Below are positions 1 through 8,192 of a stretch of 64,000 nucleotides of DNA, one piece after another; position 1 is the stretch's first letter, and each line of letters begins with the position of its first letter. The position numbers were made by a program, and so were the translations under genes. Source of the DNA: Kiritimatiellia bacterium (lineage in GTDB: Bacteria > Verrucomicrobiota > Kiritimatiellia > RFP12 > UBA1067); contig JAFXEU010000044.1 of the NCBI GenBank assembly GCA_017520845.1, positions 12,350 to 76,349 of the forward strand, read 5' to 3'. The notes beneath the pieces are model-generated. The model did no database searches. It was not told the DNA's origin and saw nothing but the letters and a program-made list of their open reading frames with translations.

Positions 1-1808
1 TCCGGTCCCTCTTTGTTGGCATCTAGCGCGACGGAGAGAATTTTCATCGTCAGCTCATCGTTCTTCTTAAAGCGCTTGAGAAAGCGCGCGAGCGCATCGC
101 GCCGGTAGTTCATCTCTTCTGCGATGCGCGTCTTCGGCTGGGGGAGCGACATAAAGACACGCGCCGTCTCCTTGGCGAGCGACGTCTCATCCAGCCCCTT
201 CGCCGCCATCGACTCGATCGCCTCCCACGCAAAATCCCACGAAACGAGACGCCCGTCCGGCTGAGTAGCGAAAAGCTCATCGAGATATTTGCGCCACTCG
301 TCAATATCAGCTCCTTTTTCTTTAAGCGAATCGGTGTAGGCGCGCCAAGCCGTGTAGTTGTAGGGGCAGCGCATCGCCGCCTCGCGAATGCGCCCTGCGA
401 AGAGCAGCAGTTCCGATTCGTCGTGCGCCGTCCTGTCGGCAAACGCGCGTTCCACGGACTGGATGTACTGGAAGCCCTTCCCCCACAGCTTGAACACACC
501 CTGAGTGTACGGACGGATTCCGTTGATGATTTTCCAGTTGTCGCCGTTCTCATTGAGAAGCCACGCGCAATGCCCGGGCTGACCGGCGCGCTCGCACATA
601 ATCCCGTGCGCATTCGCGCAAAGAGCCGCCCACATCGCCTGCTCGGTGCACACGCCGCCGACGCGCGAGCGCAGATACTGGCGCGGCCAGCCGGAGGCGA
701 GCCACGGACGCAGAAACTCGTCGTTCTTCGCCCACTTGCTGACGCCAAAGCAGTTTCTCTTTCTGTACGGTACGCCCTGAAGACCGACATTCCGTCTGAA
801 GCGCGCCGGGTAGCGCCGCGTCGTATTGAGATAAAGAATGTCGGCGGGATCGACCGGACGCCGAACGATGAAACGCCACTGGCGGCAGTCGCGCTCTTTC
901 GCACTCTCCACGAACCTGCCGAGGGTTCCGAGCCGCCGGAAAGCCGCCCAGTGCCGCACCGTTTCCTTCATGTCGTCGCCCTTCATCGCGTTTATCGCGA
1001 CGGCAACGGTGGCGCAGCGTCCCATACGCGTCTTGGACCAACCCTCCTTCTTGTCGTTGAGAAGAAGCGTCATAAGAGTTTCAAGGGCGAGAGGTCCGTC
1101 GAAAAGAGGTCCCGAAAGAAGAAAATCTTCCAGCATCGCATCATCGTTCCAAAGGCGATTGAATAACACTTCGCCGCCTTCCGCCGACAACACCTCTTTT
1201 ATTTTCTTCTCGGTGCAGATTTCGATGAGCCGATTTTTCAAAATCGCGCGGCGCACAGGTGAACCGGGCTTGAGATCCTTAAGGGTGAATTGTTTCGGAC
1301 AGCCGACTTTGTGAGCACCTTTCCCCGTTCCCCCTTTCCCGTTTCCTGTCTTCAAGCGTTCAGGCTCCAAATTCACGACCCCGTCCGCGAGCGAGCCGAG
1401 CCCGCGCAACGGATCTTTCGGCGGCTCGGCGACATTTTCGCCCATGTCCTTCAGGAATGTGTACGCGGCCCACCCCCAGAAACTCGTGGGGCAGGCGTCG
1501 TACACCGCGCGCAGACACTCGACGGCGCGCGGCCTGTTGTTTTCAAGATCTTTCCTGATGAGGGCGAATTCCGCCATATCGACCGACTGCAGTTCCTCAA
1601 GAGTGCGCCCTTGCGCCGGACGCGCTCGGAGTTTGCCGACGAAGGCGCGCCCCTCTTCCATCTTTCCGTCGCGCGCAAAGAACGCCGCGCTCCGCACGTC
1701 GCTAAAACCGTCGGCGCCGCGCGCGAGGAGCGGCACATCCTCGCTGCATGGAGCGTTTGCGGCAAGAAGCGCGGCGGCACATGCAACTGCAACTCGACAA
1801 AAATACAT
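1..1808 (-). CDS. Secreted transglutaminase-like domain protein (3' end cut by window edge; absent from ORF track)
   Basis: Hand translation of the minus strand from ATG (1806-1808) gives an open 602-codon frame running to position 1. It starts MYFCRVAVACAAALLAANAPCSED, a signal-peptide-like N-terminus. Contains GGVCTEQAMWAAL...PGHCAWLL...D, matching the Cys-His-Asp layout of transglutaminase-like cores. Track ORFs in this span are Arg/Ser-rich off-frame products. Confidence 0.8.
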   Translation of the reverse strand, partial: MYFCRVAVACAAALLAANAPCSEDVPLLARGADGFSDVRSAAFFARDGKMEEGRAFVGKLRARPAQGRTLEELQSVDMAEFALIRKDLENNRPRAVECLRAVYDACPTSFWGWAAYTFLKDMGENVAEPPKDPLRGLGSLADGVVNLEPERLKTGNGKGGTGKGAHKVGCPKQFTLKDLKPGSPVRRAILKNRLIEICTEKKIKEVLSAEGGEVLFNRLWNDDAMLEDFLLSGPLFDGPLALETLMTLLLNDKKEGWSKTRMGRCATVAVAINAMKGDDMKETVRHWAAFRRLGTLGRFVESAKERDCRQWRFIVRRPVDPADILYLNTTRRYPARFRRNVGLQGVPYRKRNCFGVSKWAKNDEFLRPWLASGWPRQYLRSRVGGVCTEQAMWAALCANAHGIMCERAGQPGHCAWLLNENGDNWKIINGIRPYTQGVFKLWGKGFQYIQSVERAFADRTAHDESELLLFAGRIREAAMRCPYNYTAWRAYTDSLKEKGADIDEWRKYLDELFATQPDGRLVSWDFAWEAIESMAAKGLDETSLAKETARVFMSLPQPKTRIAEEMNYRRDALARFLKRFKKNDELTMKILSVALDANKEGP

Positions 1809-2200
1809 ATTACAAGACCTGTTCGCTGTAAAATTCACTCTTTTAACAATTGCAAATACCTCTTCCGTGCCATCCCTCAGATCAAGCCACATGGCTTGAA
1901 ACAATCTGCAGACCGCCCCGCACACAAGAGTGGTCATTAGGATATCAAATCCATCACCAAAAGGCAAGCGCTTTCGTCCGCACACCCTTATCCCACTTTT
2001 CTGGGGTGGTTTATCCCAGTTTTCAAAAAAGCCCAATAAAACCCTATGAAAATTTATTTTCACACCCCTTCTTTTTCGTCAAAGAAAGGCCGCAAAATCG
2101 ATGTCGACCCGGCTTTTCCGCCGGAAATCCGCGGCGTATCCGATGCGGATTTAGCGAGCACCAGCGCCGAATCGACCCCGGCTCGAAGGCCTTGCGTGCA

Positions 2201-3223
2201 TCAATTCAAAAAAGTGGGATAAGGGTGTTCAAAAACTTTAGACATCAACTCCGCGCATTTGCCGCAATGAACGCAATCGTTCGCCCTTGTACAACCGCGC
2301 ACCGAATCCCATAGCGGTCTTTCTATATCAAAACTTTTGTTGTCGAAACTTTTAGGGAATGTATGGCAGGCGTCCATCAGATCGGCGAGATTGCCGTCGT
2401 AATCGTATGTCGCATACGCTTTCACAACCTTCGCGGGATACGGATGGCGACGCGTCGCGAGCTTAACGACGTCGACATATTCCTCATAAAGCGGCAGGTC
2501 CTCGGGCCTGATCCATGTCGATCGCAAAAAGTCCTCGTAATTGCCGCGCTCGTAATTCGTCTTACAGAGAAAGACGGAAAAGTCCATCTTAGCCCCTTCG
2601 GCAGATTGGGCGATACGGTTATGTCCGTGCATATTGTCGTGAAACTGCTGGAACGCGCATTGTCTCAAACATCCCGAATTAGCCTGCATTCCGACAATCT
2701 TACCGTTCGCCTTCGCCCAGCGCGAAAGATCCTTAAGCCAAATCAGATCGCGATGATGCTCGCGCGAGGCGTAGAACGAATCGAAGAGCTCGATTACCGG
2801 CTCAAAACCGGCCGTACCGTGAATACGCATATTAACGCTTAAGCGAATTTTAACATTCGGATGGCGGCGGCGGAAAATCGTAGCTAAAAAAGGAGATGTC
2901 GTTGTGACGATATCGGGATAAAGACCTTCACGGTCCATCTCGGCGAGCGTCGCATCGGCGAAATCCGCAAGTTCCGCGGAAATCGCCTTGTCTCCGTAAC
3001 AGTTGCAGTTAAAAAGAGTATCCAGCAAAAGCCCGTTCTCCCGCGCCCATTTAAGATCGGCGATGAAGCGCGATTTTACGTCAGGGGTAAACTCCGGAGC
3101 CGGTCGACAGCTCAACACCCCCGGCCATGCGAAAAAAACCTCGCGTATGCGCCCCAAATGCGGGGCGCACGCGTCAACGAACGATTCGTTAAGAAAATGG
3201 CCTACCGCGAGAGTTTTACGCAT
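2201..3223 (-). CDS. Peptidase U32-like protein with C-terminal Cys cluster (function unknown)
   Basis: 340-aa ORF. Its layout (VKIRLSVNMRIHG ... MQANSGCLRQCAF) resembles U32-family barrels. The C-terminus has C-x5-C-x2-C-x2-C (GCTRANDCVHCGKC). The start overlaps the upstream stop (TGATG). Confidence 0.6.
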   Translation of the reverse strand: MRKTLAVGHFLNESFVDACAPHLGRIREVFFAWPGVLSCRPAPEFTPDVKSRFIADLKWARENGLLLDTLFNCNCYGDKAISAELADFADATLAEMDREGLYPDIVTTTSPFLATIFRRRHPNVKIRLSVNMRIHGTAGFEPVIELFDSFYASREHHRDLIWLKDLSRWAKANGKIVGMQANSGCLRQCAFQQFHDNMHGHNRIAQSAEGAKMDFSVFLCKTNYERGNYEDFLRSTWIRPEDLPLYEEYVDVVKLATRRHPYPAKVVKAYATYDYDGNLADLMDACHTFPKSFDNKSFDIERPLWDSVRGCTRANDCVHCGKCAELMSKVFEHPYPTFLN

Positions 3224-3993
3224 CAGCGGCGACCTCCGCGGTCACCGCGGCCTCCACGACCGCCGCGACCCCATGAATTGTTTTCCGTAACCTCAATCAC
3301 CTTCATGATCGTCCCGGCTATTTCGCCGACCTCCTCGCCCGTAAAACCGACCGCTTCAGCCGTCTTTTTGATAAGATTCTCCCGCTCTGCTCTGTTAAGC
3401 TCCGCGATCTGGCGATCCGCTTCACGCATTTGATCCCAGACGGCGCGCCTGTCTTCGTCGCTCATTTCACCCGAGGCGAACCCTTCCTCAAATCTTGTTT
3501 GGAGCTCTTCGCGCTCTTCGATCAGATTTTGCAACTTCTCATGAGTCTCTCTCTCCGGCTTACTCATCGTAGAGGTATCAACGGAAGCTAAAAAATCCAA
3601 TTTAGAAGCCGCACGCTGTCTCCGAGAATCACGCCAGCGTGCCATTCTGTTGGTATGTGCGGCGTATTCTTGCGGGTTCTCCGTTTTCATCCTCTCAATT
3701 CTTTCTCGAAAATCCATATTGCGGTTCCCGCGCTGCGGTTCTTCGGGATTTTCATTGACAGCGACCTCAAGATTCTCGAGGACTTCTCGCGCAGGTCGAC
3801 GCTCGGATTCACGGCGGGCATATCCGTCAAAATTCCTCCTGAAATTTTCACCGCTCTTACGGGCGCTTTTTTTATCGCTCTTTACTTCGACCTGGGGCGC
3901 CGGCTCGTCCTCCTGCAACAGCTTCGCTCCCGCGAAGCCGATAGCGATTCCCGCGATAAGCGCAGGCACCGCCGCGCAAACTATCTTCTTCAT
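3223..3993 (-). CDS. Membrane-anchored, highly charged coiled-coil protein with C-terminal RGG repeats
   Basis: 256-aa ORF with an N-terminal hydrophobic anchor (MKKIVCAAVPALIAGIAIGFAGA), an E/R/K-rich body and the tail GRGGRGGRGDRGGRR. ATGA overlap with the upstream gene. Confidence 0.7.
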   Translation of the reverse strand: MKKIVCAAVPALIAGIAIGFAGAKLLQEDEPAPQVEVKSDKKSARKSGENFRRNFDGYARRESERRPAREVLENLEVAVNENPEEPQRGNRNMDFRERIERMKTENPQEYAAHTNRMARWRDSRRQRAASKLDFLASVDTSTMSKPERETHEKLQNLIEEREELQTRFEEGFASGEMSDEDRRAVWDQMREADRQIAELNRAERENLIKKTAEAVGFTGEEVGEIAGTIMKVIEVTENNSWGRGGRGGRGDRGGRR

Positions 3994-5132
3994 TTATTTC
4001 CCTCCGATTTTGCCACGATCGACTTTCGACCGTGTGTTCCTTTTATCGTTTTCCCGCCGAAAAAGAAAAGTTCAGTCGGATCATACCCCGGCTTGTTGTG
4101 AATGTCGACGTGCGAAGCGTAATCAGGCGCCTCGCTCGGAGACTTCCACCATTTATATGAACACCAAGATCCCTTTCGCGCGAGCAGCACCTTATATTCC
4201 GGGCCAAGTTCATCCGACAATTCATAATCTCCGCTCGCCAAAAGAATCTCCGCGGCCTCATTCCTGCGTTCTCCGACCAGAAAGCAGAACTCGTGATCAC
4301 AGACCGCGAACGCTCCCGATGAATAAAAATCAGGATACGTCCGACCCGCGATAGAACGGGTTCGAAAGAACCCTTCACGCCTTAAAACGGCGTTAGGCTC
4401 GACCGGCGGAAGCGTAACCGGCGTTATATCATAATCGCCTGTCACCGAAAGCTCCGCGCCGCGCCTTTCGCACAGGTCGGCAAGACGCTCCAACTGTCGG
4501 CGAAGTTCCGCAAACGCGGCGAAATCCGCCTTGGAGCCAGGGCCAGATTTCTGGGCGGCGTAATCCAGTGTCGGTAGATACAGATACGCCTCGTCCACAT
4601 CGTACTCGTCGGTCAGAGCCTCAAACCAGTCTATGCATGCGCGGCCGACCTTCGGTGAGGCGAGCGAACCCCAGTAACGGTGAAGCGGGAACCTGCCGAG
4701 CCTTTTATGTAACCTTTCCGAGAGCTCGTACGGCTTAACGTAGCAATTCATTACAATCCCGCCGCCGTGCTTATGGATCGGAGCCGGAGAAACGATCGCA
4801 TCGACGTTTTCGCCCAGCGACTGCTGAAAGAAAAAAAGCCCAACCTTCTCACCCGCCGCGCGTCGATCTTCCCATATCCTCTTACCCTTCACGAGATTCG
4901 CGGACTGCTCCCAGAACATGGGCTTTTTAAGATCCTCAAACCAAACGCCGTTTGAAATCATTCCGTGTTCTTGAGCCTTAAGTCCCGTACGCGTCGACGC
5001 TTGGGCTACGCATGTAACGGCGGGGAATACGCTCTCAGCCGGAGTGAATTCCAACCCGGCGATACGCTTCACACCGTTCCTCTCAAGAACGCTCCATCCT
5101 AATCCCGCAGCTGTCACATTTAGTTTTTTCAT
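3990..5132 (-). CDS. Alkaline-phosphatase superfamily protein (nucleotide pyrophosphatase/phosphodiesterase-like)
   Basis: 380-aa ORF. FPAVTCVAQASTRTG is a Thr-nucleophile-type motif; YLYLPTLDY, HVDIHNKPGYDP and GTHG are metal-ligand-like motifs. ATGA overlaps at both ends. Confidence 0.7.
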   Translation of the reverse strand: MKKLNVTAAGLGWSVLERNGVKRIAGLEFTPAESVFPAVTCVAQASTRTGLKAQEHGMISNGVWFEDLKKPMFWEQSANLVKGKRIWEDRRAAGEKVGLFFFQQSLGENVDAIVSPAPIHKHGGGIVMNCYVKPYELSERLHKRLGRFPLHRYWGSLASPKVGRACIDWFEALTDEYDVDEAYLYLPTLDYAAQKSGPGSKADFAAFAELRRQLERLADLCERRGAELSVTGDYDITPVTLPPVEPNAVLRREGFFRTRSIAGRTYPDFYSSGAFAVCDHEFCFLVGERRNEAAEILLASGDYELSDELGPEYKVLLARKGSWCSYKWWKSPSEAPDYASHVDIHNKPGYDPTELFFFGGKTIKGTHGRKSIVAKSEGNK

Positions 5133-6241
5133 TTTCTTTCTGCCGCGAACTTATCAATTACCTTAGCTATTCTCTTAAGTTCCGTTTTCGTAAGTCCCGC
5201 ACCAGATGCAAGACAAACACCTCTTGAAAAAAGATTCTCTGAAACATTCCCTCCGTAAACGCGGCAACCGTTGAAAACCTTCTGCAGATGCATCGGCTTC
5301 CAGACAGGCCGCGTCTCTACATTATCCGCCTCAAATAGTTTTATCAGCCTGTCACGCTCGCGGCAGTTCTTAAGAAGCATAATCGTGAGCCAGTTGTTCT
5401 CACCTTCGACCTTCGGCAGAAACTCCAGCCGCTTTCCCTCGGCGCACCGTCCGTAGAATTCACGCACGCTCTTTTTAGCCTTAAGGATTTTACCCATCTT
5501 CGAGAGCTGCGCAAGTCCGACGGCGGCGAGAAGATTGCTCATTCTGAAATTGTAACCAATCTCCTTATGCTCGTACCAAAGAGCCTTCTCCCGACTCTGC
5601 TGAGAAAGCTTTTTAACATGATCGGCGAGCTTTTTGTCGTCGGTAAGAACGGCTCCGCCGCCAGAAGTCGTAATCAGTTTGTTGCCATTGAACGAATAAA
5701 CGGCGGCGATTCCCGCGCTACCGGATGGACGAGCGCCGAACGTCGCGCCGACCGCTTCTGCGCTGTCACAGACGAACTTCGCCTTATACTTTCGGCAAAG
5801 TTTCTCAAGCCTGTCGTAATCGCAGCATCGTCCAAATAAATCAACGGCGATAAAGAGAATTTTACGCCCAGTCTTCGCAGCGTCCGCAAGAGCCTTTTCA
5901 AGGAGTTTCAGATCGACGTTACCGGTCGAATCGCAGTCTACGAACCAGGGCTCGGCCCCGAGCCGGGACGCCGGCGAAACGGTGGCGATAAAAGTCAACG
6001 TCGGGACGATCGCTATCCACGTCTTATCGACTTTAAGATGAGCGAAAATAAGTTCCAACGCGGCCGTCGCGCCGGAAACCGCTACGGCATATTTCCGACC
6101 CGACAATTTCGCAAGCTCCAGTTCAAAGAGATCAACTTTCGGCCCACACGGAGCGACATACCCCGAATCAAAAGCCGCCTCGACCTCAAGGCGCTCTTTA
6201 TTGTCGACAAACGGAGGAGAAAGAAAAATCCTTTTATTCAT
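5129..6241 (-). CDS. DegT/DnrJ/EryC1/StrS-family PLP-dependent aminotransferase
   Basis: Typical family sequence, including FNGNKLITTSGGGAV (PLP Lys). I prefer the ATG at 6241 (MNKRIFLSPPF), preceded by AAAGGGGGG, over the track start at 6292, which overlaps the upstream gene by 59 nt. Confidence 0.85.
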   Translation of the reverse strand: MNKRIFLSPPFVDNKERLEVEAAFDSGYVAPCGPKVDLFELELAKLSGRKYAVAVSGATAALELIFAHLKVDKTWIAIVPTLTFIATVSPASRLGAEPWFVDCDSTGNVDLKLLEKALADAAKTGRKILFIAVDLFGRCCDYDRLEKLCRKYKAKFVCDSAEAVGATFGARPSGSAGIAAVYSFNGNKLITTSGGGAVLTDDKKLADHVKKLSQQSREKALWYEHKEIGYNFRMSNLLAAVGLAQLSKMGKILKAKKSVREFYGRCAEGKRLEFLPKVEGENNWLTIMLLKNCRERDRLIKLFEADNVETRPVWKPMHLQKVFNGCRVYGGNVSENLFSRGVCLASGAGLTKTELKRIAKVIDKFAAERK

Positions 6242-8189
6242 TTTTAAGACCCCCCTTTTTAACCCAGCCCGCATGTTCTCCGTCATCAACACGAACCCAC
6301 TCGCCGATCGTTTCGGTCACCGTAAGTTCTTCGGCGCGTTTCGAGGTGAATGCGACTTCACGCGAACTCTCTCGCGGGGCGAATCTGAGCAGAACTTTGG
6401 AAGCGTCCTTTCCCGGACCGATTACGACAGAATCGGCCTCACCTTCCTTACGGACGGTATACTTCAACGGGACCCCCTTCGCGGTAACGCGTCGATACTC
6501 TTTTTTCGAAGGATCGTAGTACGAAAAGGAAACGTCCGGAGTTGCAGCCTCCCCGGAAACCCTGAAAAGTTTTTTGTGGACTACGACATTCCGATCGCGG
6601 CCAATTTCATTTTCGAAAGCGTTTTCAGGAATGAAAGCGCCCTCCGTTCTGATGGTGATTACCGCCGCCACGACATCGTTCGTCTCGACCTCATAAAAAC
6701 TTAATCTCTGATTAGCTGTAAATCTCTCACCAATACAGCCGTTATAATCATCTGGCGTTTTTACACCATCTAAAAGCTTAACATCAAAATCTATCGAACC
6801 GGCATCCGTACCAAATGAAGTGGAGAAAGACGACCTAAAGCCGCGCGAACTGATTACTCTATCGCACATCCCGTTTATCGTAAAAGCTACATCGCCCTTA
6901 AAAGGAACATCATATCGCAATGGTATTGATATGCGCTTTATGACGCGATTAGTAACGCTACTGGTCGCGTCAGTTAAATTTTCACTCTCCCCGGCGCTTG
7001 AAAGCCCTATTATTCTCGAAGGATTAACACGAATTTGAGATAATGTGCAATCTTTAGGCGCGTCCAAAGAAATAAGCAGATTAAAAGTCTCGCCAACAAC
7101 AAGCTCATTCTTATCAACTGAGACCTTAGCTGTAATTTGGGGCCGATCCATCTGCATACCATTAACAGACATCATACTACCGCCGCCTGATGAATTCATT
7201 CTCATCGAATTCATCTCGCGCCGCATCATCTCCTGCATCCGCTCCATCTCCTCTAAGACATCTTGAGCCGCGGTCCCGTGCGCAAACACGACGGCCGCAA
7301 CAAAACAGACGATCAGCTTAAGTAAAAGGCGAGACGCGAAAAAGAGACCTGCAACGACAAGAATGGCACCCAAGGCATACAAAGTGCGGCCGCCCCATGA
7401 ATGTTTCAATACCGGGCGCAAAATCTGCCGCCACATCGGAAGCTCCGCACGGGGATTGGATGTTTTAAGCGCAAGAGCCGCGACCATACCGCGCTCGACG
7501 GCGGGCGTTTGTCCGATCTCCCACTCAAGAGAAGAATAAATCGAAAGCGCCCTCTGCCAGTTCCCGGCCAGAATTTCGCAGGCGGCTTCGTTAAGACGGG
7601 CTTCTGGAAAATCGAACTCCTTAAACGCCGCCGCATTCGTCGAGGCGCATGCCTTACGCCAGGCGAAGAGCTGATCCTCGGTAAGCCCCGCTTGTGATCC
7701 CCACCGACTGGAAGAAAGATCAATCAAAAGGCCGTCAGGCAGCGGCCAGACGACCCCTCCGTCATCTTCTCCTGAAATAACGACCTGGGAAGTCTTTTTA
7801 GAATGAACCAGTATTGGAGACGTCGAAACTTCGACCTTTTCTCCCGTATGGAAATGTCGATAGGAAAACGTCAACGCCGGAAACTCCAGACATCCGTCTT
7901 TAACGGGGCGGATGCGATAAGTCATTCTCCGGGCGTTTCTGTATGTATCGGTCTTGGCGCTTCTGTCGTCGATTTTCCAGACGCCTGAATCGACGGCGCC
8001 GGAAAGTTCCGGCGGATGCAGCGAGCCGAAGTCGGCGTTGCCGATAAAATCGACGGTCAATACGACAGGATCGCCTTCAAAAACGTTGTAGGCGTCTAAA
8101 TCCGCACGAACCGTCATGTCGGCGCACTTAACACCTTCAAGGGGTATCACGGAAACCGCGGCAGCAAGAATGGAAGCCGATAAAAACAT
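6234..8189 (-). CDS. BatD-like two-module membrane protein with Met-rich linker and C-terminal SH3b domain
   Basis: 651 aa. Order: signal peptide, BatD-like beta module, two TM helices (aa ~268-305), Met-rich tract (EEMERMQEMMRREMNSMRMNSSGGGSMMSVNGMQMD), a second BatD-like module, then an SH3b-like end (GEWVRVDDGEHAGWVKK). Confidence 0.65.
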   Translation of the reverse strand: MFLSASILAAAVSVIPLEGVKCADMTVRADLDAYNVFEGDPVVLTVDFIGNADFGSLHPPELSGAVDSGVWKIDDRSAKTDTYRNARRMTYRIRPVKDGCLEFPALTFSYRHFHTGEKVEVSTSPILVHSKKTSQVVISGEDDGGVVWPLPDGLLIDLSSSRWGSQAGLTEDQLFAWRKACASTNAAAFKEFDFPEARLNEAACEILAGNWQRALSIYSSLEWEIGQTPAVERGMVAALALKTSNPRAELPMWRQILRPVLKHSWGGRTLYALGAILVVAGLFFASRLLLKLIVCFVAAVVFAHGTAAQDVLEEMERMQEMMRREMNSMRMNSSGGGSMMSVNGMQMDRPQITAKVSVDKNELVVGETFNLLISLDAPKDCTLSQIRVNPSRIIGLSSAGESENLTDATSSVTNRVIKRISIPLRYDVPFKGDVAFTINGMCDRVISSRGFRSSFSTSFGTDAGSIDFDVKLLDGVKTPDDYNGCIGERFTANQRLSFYEVETNDVVAAVITIRTEGAFIPENAFENEIGRDRNVVVHKKLFRVSGEAATPDVSFSYYDPSKKEYRRVTAKGVPLKYTVRKEGEADSVVIGPGKDASKVLLRFAPRESSREVAFTSKRAEELTVTETIGEWVRVDDGEHAGWVKKGGLKNE

Positions 8190-8192
8190 AGA

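Noticed and set aside
110-1940. Track ORFs 110-904(-), 423-1166(+), 550-1041(-), 838-1314(+), 1290-1940(+), 1444-1899(+)
   Set aside because: All are Arg/Ser/Ala/Pro-rich with no motifs. A third minus-strand frame is open for the entire 1-1808 span with protein-like composition, so these are off-frame products.
1988-2024. TTATCCCAC motifs as DnaA boxes / replication origin
   Set aside because: The motif has an extra C relative to the TTATCCACA consensus. Only three copies exist, with no dnaA/dnaN or AT-rich unwinding element arrangement nearby.
2125-2152. AAATCCGC...GCGGATTT hairpin as the intrinsic terminator of the 13-gene array
   Set aside because: An 8-bp stem with a 12-nt loop and no downstream U-tract on the transcribed strand. 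This is not convincing as a rho-independent terminator.
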